From Mobula hypostoma (taxonomy: Eukaryota): a DNA stretch of 64,000 nt. Below are positions 37,484-47,883 of the stretch, one piece after another; position 1 is the first letter of the stretch; the number at the start of each line of letters is the position of its first letter. Location of the stretch: positions 241,988,001 to 242,052,000 of the forward strand of contig NC_086097.1 in NCBI RefSeq assembly GCF_963921235.1, written 5' to 3'. The translations under genes and the position numbers were made by a program. The notes below the pieces were generated by a model. The model did not search any database. It was not told where the DNA came from and was given only the letters and a program-made list of their open reading frames with translations.

Positions 37484-39919
37484 TTGGGGGGTGGGAATCA
37501 AATTAAAGAGGCTAGGCGTGAGGAGGTTAGTTCACAACAGAGGGATGGGAACCAGTGCAGAGAGACAGAGGGGTGTAAAGTGAGCGTAGAAGCAAAAAGT
37601 ACAAAGGAGAAAAGTAAAAGTGGCAGGCCGACAAATCCAGGGCAAGCATTAAAAAGGGCCACTTTTCAACATAATTGTACAAGGGCTAAGAGAGTTGTAA
37701 AAGAGCGCCTGAAGGCTTTATGTGTCAATGCAAGGAGCATTCGTAATAAGGTGGATGAATTGAAAGTGCAGATTGTTATTAATGATTATGATATAGTTGG
37801 GATCACAGAGACATGGCTCCAGGGTGACCAGGGATGGGAGCTCAACGTTCAGGGATATTCAATATTCAGGAGGGATAGACATGAAGGAAGGGGAGGTGGG
37901 GTGGCGTTGCTGGTTAAAGAAGAGATTAACGCAATAGAAAGGAAGGACATAAGCCGGGAAGATGTGGAATCGATATGGGTAGAGCTGCGTAACACTAAGG
38001 GGCAGAAGACGCTGGTGGGAGTTGTGTACAGGCCACCTAACAGTAGTAGTGAGGTCGGAGATGGTATTAAACAGGAAATTAGAAATGTGTGCAATAAAGG
38101 AACAGCAGTTATAATGGGTGACTTCAATCTACATGTAGACTGGGTGAACCAAATTGGTAAAGGTGCTGAGGAAGAGGATTTCTTGGAATGTATGCGGGAT
38201 GGTTTTTTGAACCAACATGTCGAGGAACCAACTAGAGAGCAGGCTATTCTGGACTGGGTTTTGAGCAATGAGGAAGGGTTAATTAGCGATCTTGTCGTGA
38301 GAGGCCCCTTGGGTAAGAGTGACCATAATATGGTGGAATTCTTCATTAATATGGAGAGTGACATAGTTAATTCAGAAACAAAGGTTCTGAACTTAAAGAG
38401 GGGTAACTTTGAAGGTATGAGACGTGAATTAGCTAAGATAGACTGGCAAATGACACCTAAAGGATTGACGGTGGATATGCAATGGCAAGCATTTAAAGGT
38501 TGCATGGATGAACTACAACAATTGTTCATCCCAGTTTGGCAAAAGAATAAATCAAGGAAGGTAGTGCACCCGTGGCTGACAAGAGAAATTAGGGATAGTA
38601 TCAATTCCAAAGAAGTAGCATACAAATTAGCCAGAGAAAGTGGCTCACCTGAGGACTGGGAGAAATTCAGAGTTCAGCAGAGGAGGACAAAGGGCTTAAT
38701 TAGGAAGGGGAAAAAAGATTATGAGAGAAAACTGGCAGAGAACATAAAAACGGACTGTAGAAGCTTTTATAGATACGTAAAAAGGAAAAGACTGGTAAAG
38801 ACAAATGTAGGTCCCCTGCAGACAGAAACAGGTGAATTGATTATGGGGAGCAAGGACATGGCAGACCAATTGAATAATTACTTTGGTTCTGTCTTCACTA
38901 AGGAGGACATAAATAATCTTCCAGAAATAGTAAGGGACAGAGGGTCCAGTGAGATGGAGGAACTGAGTGAAATACATGTTAGTAGGGAAGTGGTGTTAGG
39001 TAAATTGAAGGGATTGAAGGCAGATAAATCCCCAGGGCCAGATGGTCTGCATCCTAGAGTGCTTAAGGAAGTAGCCCAAGAAATAGTGGATGCATTAGTG
39101 ATAAATTTTCAAAACTCATCAAATTCTGGACTAGTTCCTGAGGATTGGAGGGTGGCTAATGTAACCCCACTTTTTAAAAAAGGAGGGAGAGAGAAACCAG
39201 GGAATTATAGACCGGTTAGCCTAACGTCGGTGGTGGGGAAACTGCTGGAGTCAGTTATCAAGGATGTGATAACAGCACATTTGGAAAGCGGTGAAATGAT
39301 CGGACAAAGTCAGCATGGATTTGTGAAAGGAAAATCATGTCTGACGAACCTCATAGAATTTTTTGAGGATGTAACTAGTAGAGTGGATAGGGGAGAATCA
39401 GTGGATGTGGTATATTTGGATTTTCAAAAGGCTTTTGACAAGGTCCCACACAGGAGATTAGTGTGCAAACTTAAAGCACACGGTATTGGGGGTAAGGTAT
39501 TGGTGTGGGTGGAGAATTGGTTAGCAGACAGGAAGCAAAGAGTGGGAATAAACGGGACCTTTTCAGAATGGCAGGCGGTGACTAGTGGGGTACCGCAAGG
39601 CTCAGTGCTGGGACCCCAGTTGTTTACAATATATATTAATGACTTGGATGAGGAAATTAAATGCAGCATCTCCAAGTTTGCGGATGACACGAAGCTGGGT
39701 GGCAGTGTTAGCAGTGAGGAGGATGCTAAGAGGATGCAGGGTGACTTGGATAGGTTGGGTGAGTGGGCAAACTCATGGCAGATGCAATTTAATGTGGATA
39801 AATGTGAAGTTATCCACTTTGGTGGCAAAAATAGGAAAACAGATTATTATCTGAATGGTGGCCGATTAGGAAAAGGGAGGTGCAACAAGACCTGGGTGTC
39901 ATTATACACCAGTCATTGA
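37484..39919 (+). CDS. CR1 ORF2p (APE endonuclease plus reverse transcriptase). The true frame is broken by single-G indels at about 39875 and 40214 and by the LTR at 40462.
   Basis: CVNARSI, GITETWL, MGDFN, SDHN, PGPDG, YRPVSLTS, YLDFQKAFDKV, GVPQGSVLGP, KFADDTK motifs. No AUG upstream of the EN domain. Confidence 0.93.
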   Translation: MGGGNQIKEARREEVSSQQRDGNQCRETEGCKVSVEAKSTKEKSKSGRPTNPGQALKRATFQHNCTRAKRVVKERLKALCVNARSIRNKVDELKVQIVINDYDIVGITETWLQGDQGWELNVQGYSIFRRDRHEGRGGGVALLVKEEINAIERKDISREDVESIWVELRNTKGQKTLVGVVYRPPNSSSEVGDGIKQEIRNVCNKGTAVIMGDFNLHVDWVNQIGKGAEEEDFLECMRDGFLNQHVEEPTREQAILDWVLSNEEGLISDLVVRGPLGKSDHNMVEFFINMESDIVNSETKVLNLKRGNFEGMRRELAKIDWQMTPKGLTVDMQWQAFKGCMDELQQLFIPVWQKNKSRKVVHPWLTREIRDSINSKEVAYKLARESGSPEDWEKFRVQQRRTKGLIRKGKKDYERKLAENIKTDCRSFYRYVKRKRLVKTNVGPLQTETGELIMGSKDMADQLNNYFGSVFTKEDINNLPEIVRDRGSSEMEELSEIHVSREVVLGKLKGLKADKSPGPDGLHPRVLKEVAQEIVDALVINFQNSSNSGLVPEDWRVANVTPLFKKGGREKPGNYRPVSLTSVVGKLLESVIKDVITAHLESGEMIGQSQHGFVKGKSCLTNLIEFFEDVTSRVDRGESVDVVYLDFQKAFDKVPHRRLVCKLKAHGIGGKVLVWVENWLADRKQRVGINGTFSEWQAVTSGVPQGSVLGPQLFTIYINDLDEEIKCSISKFADDTKLGGSVSSEEDAKRMQGDLDRLGEWANSWQMQFNVDKCEVIHFGGKNRKTDYYLNGGRLGKGRCNKTWVSLYTSH

Positions 39920-40461
39920 AAGTGGGCATGCAGGTACAGCAGGCGGTGAAAAAGGCGAATGGTATGCTGGCATTTATAGCGAGAGGTTTCGAGTACAGGA
40001 GCAGGGAGGTACTACTGCAGTTGTACAAGGCCTTGGTGAGACCACACCTGGAGTATTGTGTGCAGTTTTGGTCCCCTAATCTGAGGAAAGACATCTTTGC
40101 CATAGAGGGAGTACAAAGAAGGTTCACCAGATTGATTCCTGGGATGGCAGGACTTTCATATGAAGAAAGACTGGATGAACTGGGCTTGTACTCGTTGGAA
40201 TTTAGAAGATTGAGGGGGGGATCTGATTGAAACGTATAAGATCCTAAAGGGATTGGACAGGCTAGATGCAGGAAGATTGTTCCCGATGTTGGGGAGGTCC
40301 AGAACGAGGGGTCACAGTTTGAGGATAGAGGGGAAGCCTTTTAGGACCGAGATTAGGAAAAACTTCTTCACACAGAGAGTGGTGAATCTGTGGAATTCTC
40401 TGCCACAGGAAACTGTTGAGGCCAGTTCATTGGCTATATTTAAGAGGGAGTTAGATATGGC

Positions 40462-41286
40462 TGTTACGAGAATACACATAAAATTAAGATGTTTGCTGGC
40501 CTGGGTTAGCATCAGTGACATCAGCAGTTGGTCTGCCACCTGCCCTCAGGGGAAGGAGAGATAAGGAACAATGGAGCAGCGTCTGGAGATGTGTAATGAA
40601 GGGACGTGGGAGAGAGAGAGCTGTCTGGAGCGGCTCCCCCTTTGAACCCTGAGCTGTTTGAAGTGATGGACAGGCGATACCCCAGCAGGGGGATAAAAAG
40701 GGACAGGTTCGCTAAGACAGACACACGCCACCCGAGGTAACGAGACCCTGGAAGCGGTGCGCCTCTCACGAGTGGGTGAGAAGTACCAGACAACGACAAG
40801 GGTGGAAAGGTACGATCAGCGGGAACCCGGTGTGTGTCCGCCCTTGCCTGGGTGCCGGGTTCACTGCAGAGGATCGACCGCATCTGGAGTAGGGGTCACA
40901 GTCGGTGACCTCAGGTGACATCACCAAGGACCCGCCCAAAAGCTGTTTGTGAGCCATCTCGCTGGTCTGTGAGTGAAGCAGTGTTCTGAATGATCAGTTG
41001 TTCCTGTTCTCTCTGTCTCTTCCCCCACGTTGTTACTGCGAACTGAACTTTGAGTCATTTTGAAATTTGGTCATTTACCCCTAGACAACGATAGAGCTTG
41101 ATTGATGCTGTTATCTTAATTCTGTGCACATGTGTGTTTATCATCACTGAACTGTTGCAATTATTATCCTTTCGATTACTGTGTTGCTTGTTTCTTTAAT
41201 AAAACTTTCTTAGTTCTAGTACTCCAGACTCCAACTGAGTGATCCATTTCTGCTGGTTTGGCAACCCAGTTACGGGGTACGTAACA
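40462..41286 (+). mobile_element. Solo LTR (825 bp, probably Ty3/Gypsy-type)
   Basis: Perfect terminal inverted TGTTACG...CGTAACA. GGC is duplicated on both flanks inside CR1 ORF2. TATA-like GATAAAAA at about 40692, AATAAA at 41198-41203. Confidence 0.88.
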
Positions 41287-41934
41287 GGCCCTTGTGGCTA
41301 CGGGGGTCAGGGGGTATGGAGGGAAAGGTGGGGCAGGGTTCTGAGTTGGATGATCAGCCATGATCATAATAAATGGCGGTGCAGGCTCGAAGGGCCAAAT
41401 GGCCTACTCCTGCACCTATTTTCTATGTTCCTATGTAAATGGTTTGGCCATGGACTAAATCGGCAGATGGACCTGGTTCTGTACTGTACTTCTCTTTGAC
41501 TGGAAAGAGGAGAATAGCCAGTATAAAAAGTTGATGGGGGGAGGGAAGGTAGAGCAAGAGTTGGCAAATGATAGATGGATCTAGGTGAGAGAAGGGTAGA
41601 GTGGGAATGTAAAGTGGAAGTGACAGAGGGAGAGGATGTTGGATAGTGGGATAATGCATTGAGTTGAGAGGAACTGGATAAATGAATGCGTGGGTAATGG
41701 GCACATTGAGAGGGTGGGGAGGAGAAAGAGTAGGTGATGAAACTAGTGGGATAGAGGCAATGGGGAAAATCAATGAATTGTTTCAATCATAGATATTTGT
41801 ACTTGTATTTGTATTTATTTTATTTCTTACATCCAAGGGAGTAAGAAAAAATCTTTAAGTTGCATCACCTTCACAATGGACAAGCAACGAAGAGGGGAAA
41901 TGTGGGAGGATATTGCCCAAACACTTAAGATTGT

Positions 41935-42033
41935 AACATACACAAAATGCTGGAGGAACTCAGCAGGGCAGGCAGCATCCATGGAAAAAAGTACAGTCGA
42001 CATTTCAGGCCAAGATCCTTCATCAAGACTGGA
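41935..42033 (-). mobile_element. Penelope-derived fragment with core-mutated hammerhead (41994-42031)
   Basis: Minus strand CAGTC-TTGATGA-AGGATCTTGGCCT-GAAA-TG-TC-GACTG. Helix I has 5 bp; the first core C is changed to U. Confidence 0.7.
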
Positions 42034-42059
42034 GAAATTGTATACATGTAGTGCACAGA

Positions 42060-42640
42060 CAGATGTGCAATCAGATCAATGTGTATTGATAAATCTGATG
42101 GCCTGGTGAAAGAAGTCATTCCAGAGTCTGTTAGCCCTGGCCTTAATGCTGCAGTAACATTTGCCAGACAGTAGTAGCTGAAGCAGTTGGTGGTTGGGGT
42201 GACTGGAGACCCTGATGGTCCTCCAGGCCCTTTCTACACACCTGCTGCTGTAAGTGTCCTGAATAGAGGACAGCTCACATCCAGAAATGCACTGGGCTAT
42301 CCGCACCACTCTCTGCAGTGCCCTTCAGTTAAGGATAGCATAGTTTCCATACCAGCCAATGACACAGCCAGTCAGGATGCTAATGATGGTGCCTCTGTAG
42401 AAAGTCCTGAAGATTTAGGGTCTCATGCTGAACTTCTTCAGCTGTCCAAGGTGAAAGAGACGCTGTTGTGCCTTTTTCACCACACAGCAGTACGTACAGT
42501 CCAGGTGAGATCCTTGGTAACATGTTATACCAAGGAACTTGAAACTACTTATCCTCTCAACTACAAGTCCCATTGCTGTCAATAGGGGCTAGGCTGTCTG
42601 TTTTTCCTGTAATCCGTGATCAACTGCTTTGCTTTTTAGA
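42060..42640 (-). mobile_element. Degraded Rex/Babar LINE 3' fragment
   Basis: ORF 42076-42309 (VRIAQCISG..SHPNHQL.QLL.SGK). Same family as 49395-50097. Confidence 0.7.
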
Positions 42641-42764
42641 GCATACTCAACTCTGGTAATAGACTACTTGTACCTCATCATCGAACACAATCAGGCACTG
42701 CAAACCTGAGAGATTATGACCAACAACAGTATGACTTGACCCAATTTACTATCTTGTGGTTAAG

Positions 42765-43390
42765 AAGACGTAAGGTGTACTGGCCTTCATCAATCGTGGA
42801 ATTGAATTTAGGAGCTGAGAGGTAATGTTGCAGCTATATAGGACCCTGGTCACACCCCACTTGGAGTACTGTGCTCAGTTCTGGTCGCCTCACTACAGGA
42901 AGGATGTGGAAGCCATAGAAAGGGTGCAGAGGAGATTTACAAGGATGTTGCCTGGATTGGGGAGCACACCTTATGAGAATAGGTTGAGTGAACTCGGCCT
43001 TTTTTCCTTGGAACGACAGAGGATGAGAGGTGACCTGATAGAGGTGTATAAGACGATGAGAGGCATTGATCGTGTGGATAGTCAGAGGCTGTTTCCCAGG
43101 GCTGAAATGGTTGCCACAAGAGGACACAGGTTTAAGGGTCTGGGAAGTAGGACCAGAGGAGATATCAGGGGTAAATTTATTTACTCAGAGTGGTGAGTGC
43201 ATGGAATGGGCTGCCAGCAACAGTGGTGGAGGCGGATATGATAGGGTCTTTTAAGAGACTTTTGGATAGGTACATGGAGCTTAGAAAAATAGAGGGCTAT
43301 AGGTAAGCCTAGTAAATTCTAAGGTAGGGACATGTTTGGCACAAATTTGTGGGCCGAAGGGCCTGTATTGTGCTGTAGGTTTTCTATGAC
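42765..43390 (+). mobile_element. CR1 LINE 3' fragment (second subfamily)
   Basis: ORF 42825-43196 (LEYCAQFWSPHYRKD..RMRGDLIEVYK) and 3' hairpin GGGCCGAAGGGCCTG. Confidence 0.9.
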
Positions 43391-44149
43391 GGTATCAGTT
43401 CGTGGGTAATTTTAGTTATCAAGAATATAAATTTGAACACAGATCGGCTATAATGGAAAATCGAATCATATCACCAAATGTGAAAAGAAACAAAATATAT
43501 AGCCACCTGTGTATTTGCTCAGATTAAGAGAACAGATTGACTACATACCTTAGGGAAATGAACTGTGTGATGAGAAAAACAAGGACTTACCAGGTAATAC
43601 AGAATGTAACTCAAACATCAGAATCAGGCTTGTACCATTGATATTCGGCATATAAACTATGCTGCAGCCTATATTCGTAATTCTTAACTTTAGAAGTTTC
43701 AATGTCTTCAACTGAATATTTTTACTGAAGATTAAATTTTGTTTGCATCATATTCTACCTATTGAAAGTATCTTTTGGAACAGAGCATATTCTTTAAAGT
43801 TCTATACTTTAAACAAAAGCTCTCCAATACAACTCCAAAGTCAGAGGTATGCAATACACCTTCAGCAGTAGAATGGTGTGGTTTTTTTCACTGATTAGGT
43901 TGCTTACTTCCAAATATTTAAACACATTTCTGAATTTTTTTTAAAAAAACACAATACAGTGCTGAAAAATGTGAAAAAAGTTATAAGTTTTATAATTCTG
44001 TTGTCAAAAGAATTTTTTTTCTCTCTGCTAATATTACTTTTGCCAGTCTTTCATCTACCAAAAATTTCCCTATCTGGCAAAAGTGTTTGCAGATCAACCT
44101 GGTACATCGTAAATATAAATTAGGAAATTCTTTGTAATGAAACCATGAA

Positions 44150-44292
44150 TAAACAAACATGAGAAAATCTGCAGATGCTGGAAATCCAGAGCAACACACA
44201 AAAAAAGCTGTACAAACTCAGCAGGTCAGGAAGCATCCACGGAAAAGAGTAAACAGCCAACATTTCAGGCCAAGACACTTCATCAGGACCGG
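44150..44292 (-). mobile_element. Penelope-derived fragment with degenerate hammerhead (44254-44291); another eroded copy at about 44935-45160
   Basis: Minus strand CGGTC-CTGATGA-AGTGTCTTGGCCT-GAAA-TG-TT-GGCTG. Confidence 0.65.
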
Positions 44293-45819
44293 CTTTCAAC
44301 AGTCAGCTTTTGCGCAATATCTGTTAGCGAATGGACTGTCAAAGACAGGATTTGTCATAAATGCAAATTTCCCAGAAATACATTTGCAAGATGAGGGATT
44401 TTAAATTAGCATTTTGATGGGGTGGGGTAGAGGAAGATTTGTATGCACAATAAACGATCCACCATAAACAATCATCCTTAAGTATCAAATGAACAGTCAT
44501 GGTCACTCATAATATATCAATAAAACAAAGTTAATTTTAAATTTAATTCCTAGCTTTTTCTTAAACATAATATTCAAAAGGGAAAATTACTATGACTAAA
44601 GTTCTCTCACTCACACAATCCTTGCTACAAGTCAAGTTTTCTCCAAACATAAATATGTGTGTAATGTCAATCTGGACTGAAAAGATGCATAAAAACCTGT
44701 TGTAAACAGGATGGTACTGAGAACCTTACATTTTCTTATTAGGACAATGCAAAAGCTGTGTTAAGTGGTGTAAGCAATGCACCCATCTGCTACCTTCCAC
44801 CTATCTAAGAGCACCTAACTGGCCTCATTAGCTACTCTGGAACCTTCAAAAACAGATTGAACAAATCCACTTCAATCCCAAAGGAACAACAGCACTATTA
44901 TTTCCCCTAACCACAAATAAGCATCAAATAATCCTGAGCAACATACACAAAATGCAGGAGGAAATGAACAAACAGTTGACGTTTTGGGCCGAGACCTTTC
45001 TACAGGACTGGAAAGGAAGGAGAAAGATGTCAGAATAAAAAGGTGAGGGGAGACTAGCTTGGTGAGGGTGAAGCTATAGTGAACAAAGGTAAAAGGCTGG
45101 AGAAGGAGGAATCTGAAAGGAGAGCATAGTGGACCACAGGAGAAAGGGTAAGAGGGGAACTCATATTTAAATTGAGTTGTTTAAATTAAACAACCAATAA
45201 TTTATGAAGAAAATATTTTGAGTCTATAAATCCCACATTTTATAAAAAGGTTATCACCAAAATAATGATTCTGTCTTCCACTGCAATTCTAAAATATTGG
45301 TACCTGGTGTCTTTCAAAGCACGATAGATGGATCTCCCAAACAAATTTACATATTGTAATTTCACGTTATGTTTAGAAAGTAAAAGCGACTTAGGAGGTA
45401 ATACCATAAAGTTTTCACTTTAGCCTTACAGTAAAATACATCCAACCTGTCATATTTATTTTTAATGAACCTGCGCTATTGGGGCTTATTTCGTGAACAA
45501 AGGTACTTCTGTAACACCGTACACATAAAAGGAATAGGTAAATTTAAGTGATTTCCCTCTCTCACCCACCCCCCCCCCCACTGCCATGGACGAACAGATC
45601 AAAATAAGAGAACAGTCTTAGAATGTAGCAATGTCGTAAAGTTTAATATGAGATGTGAATGTCAACGCGGAAATATCAGGAACACTACTAGCTCAGTAGT
45701 GACAACGAACAATGTTACATTAACAGAATTGTAACCTTGCAGGTTTACTTTCAGGCGCCCAAAAGACTGTACTGTAATTGACTAGAGCTTAATTGCAATG
45801 GGCACAAATCTAAACTGGC

Positions 45820-46565
45820 CCGAATAAAGCGCGGGCTAAACAGAAAATCTTTACTCCGTGTAAAATTCGTGCAGAGCCGCATATTCGCAATTACGCGAGA
45901 AATAACTTAAAAGACATTTTGGGAAGCCGTGTGCGGCGAAAACACAGAGGTCTCCAACAATCGCCGATTTAACGCTGGCACAGATCGCTATCTAAACCTG
46001 TTTTCCAATACAAAAACAACATAGGCCACAATGAAACAACAGTCACTTTCCTCCTGGCCCAGCAGCTTCTCAGTACGAGAAACAGAATAACGCGGTAACT
46101 CGAGGTCGAGGCCTCATCCACTGGCGCCATTTTACCCGCATCGCTAAGGCTAGCTCAAGTGGAAAGGGTCCTCTATCTGCCGGTTTGCTCAGCTTTCCTC
46201 CAGCCCTTAAACGGCAGCGCAGAAGCCCCGGACTCGGGAGACAGGCCGAGGCCCGAATCCGGGCCCTCACTCCTTCGCGTAGGCGCTGACATGCGCGTCC
46301 CTCCTCCACAAATAAAACCCTTAACGTCCGGTCGTTGTGGACCACAAAACATGAACGCTTGCAGCCGTCACTTACGATGAAGGGTGCACTGCACGACCGC
46401 AGCCAGACTGCTTGCTTTGCGTTGCTAACCCTCGTCCGTCGGTGCAGACGCCGCTCTGCACAACACCGCGGTGCCCGGAGCCTGCGCTCGACAAGATGGC
46501 GGCGCCCGCTGCCACTTCCCGCCCAAAGAGGTTCAAACGCACCGGATGTTTACTGTGCGACGGCT
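45820..46565 (-). promoter_or_regulatory. rad21: CpG island and probable rad21 promoter
   Basis: Strong non-repeat CpG enrichment. YY1 motif CAAGATGGCGGC at 46492-46503, E2F/ETS-like CACTTCCCGCCC at 46513-46524, CHR TTTGAA on minus at 46532-46537, ETS-like CCGGATGT at 46542-46549. Confidence 0.75.
46376..46510 (-). other. rad21: Probable non-coding first exon of rad21 (5' boundary uncertain)
   Basis: Consensus-like donor ATC|GTAAGT on the minus strand at 46375. The exon is ATG-free and lies in the CpG island. Vertebrate RAD21 has a non-coding exon 1. Implies an intron 1 of about 33.9 kb. Confidence 0.65.
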
Positions 46566-47430
46566 GGAGGAGGGGAGAGTGAGGGTGGGGAGTGACGCCA
46601 GGCGGGGCAAGAGTGAGGGTGGGGAGTGACGTCAGCCGGGGCAACAGCGAGGTCAGGGGGGATAGAGAAGGGAGAGGGGAGAGAGAGACATCAGATGGGG
46701 CAACAGTGAGATTAGGCGGATAGAGGAAGGAGAGAGGGGAGGGATGGGGAGAGTGAGGATGGAGGAAGGGAGAGTGAAGATGGAGAGTGACGCCAGATGG
46801 GGCAAGAGGGAGGTCAGTGGGGATAGATGGGGAGGGTGAGGAAGGAGAGAGAGAGAGAGAGAGAGACATCAGACAGGGCAAGAGTGCGGTCAGGGGGAAT
46901 AGAGGAGGGAGAGTGGGGAGGGGAATGTCGTCAGCCAGGGCTAGAGTGAGGTCAGGGGGGATAGATAGGGAGAGAGTGACATCAGGCGGGGCAAGAGTGA
47001 GGTCATGGGGATAGAGGAGGGAGAGTGGGGAAGGGAGAGATGTCAGATGGGGCAAGATTGACATCGGGGGGATAGATGGGGAGGGGGAGAGAGAGATGTC
47101 AGACGGCAAGAGTGAAGTCAGAGGGGATAAGGAGAGGGAGGGAGGGTGGGGGTAGGGAGAGTGACGTCAGATGAGGCAAGAGTGAGGTCGGGGAATACAC
47201 GAGGAGAGACTGAGGAGGGAGGGGGAGAGAGTGACATCAGGCAGAGCAAGAGTGAGGTTAGGGGAACAGATGGGGTGAAAGTGAAGGGGGGTGAAAGTGA
47301 AGGGAGGGTGAATAGACGGAGTCTTGAGGGAGAATAGACAGGGCATGAGTGAGATGAGAGGGAACAGACAAGAGTGAGGGTGAGGGGAGGACTGAGACCA
47401 TAGGAGAGCAGGGTGAGGGGAGGGGGACCT
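46565..47430. repeat. Purine-rich degenerate minisatellite (about 11 units, mostly about 50-100 bp)
   Basis: Recurrent GAGTGACRTCAGRYGGGGCAAGAGTGAGGTCAGGGGGGATAGA. Confidence 0.85.
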
Positions 47431-47883
47431 GATGATGAGAAAAACCTCATTTTCCAGATTACGAGGATTTTTAATGATAGGTGATGTCTTCCTAAGGCAC
47501 CACTCAACCAGCAGCTTCCATCATTAAGGACCCTCAATATCTAGGACGTGCCCTCTTCTCGTTCCTACCAGTCAGAAGGAAGTACAAGAGCTTGAAGACT
47601 CACATTTAGGAACAACTTTCCCACTGCCATCAGATTTCTGAACAGTCCATAAAGACAACCTAATTTTATTGCACCATTTGTTTTTGTAATTTATAGATAT
47701 TTATGTCTTTGCACCGTACTGCTGCCAGAAAACAAATTTCATGGCATACGTCACTTGTAATAAATCTGATTCTGAAAGAGTGAGAGGGAACCAGAGTGAC
47801 AGAAGGAGAGTGAACAAAAGAAGGAAATATAAATTATTATTCTCTGGACTTATTGAGTATGCCAGCAAGAAAATGGATCTCAG

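Larger units (their letters stand above)
35975..41435 (+). mobile_element. Near full-length young CR1 LINE (5' monomer repeats, ORF1, ORF2, 3' UTR) interrupted by a solo LTR
   Basis: Complete two-ORF architecture. The 3' end resumes at 41287 and finishes with the TTTCTATGTTCCTATG tail. Confidence 0.96.

Noticed and set aside
37849..39828. Long antisense ORFs inside CR1 (258 aa and 134 aa; also 5862-6518)
   Set aside because: They are shadow frames of ORF2 recurring in every copy, with no independent coding evidence.
46372..47537. Pro/Ser/Leu-rich ORFs (245 aa and 139 aa) on the minus strand
   Set aside because: They are translations of the pyrimidine strand of the minisatellite, with low complexity and no domain features.
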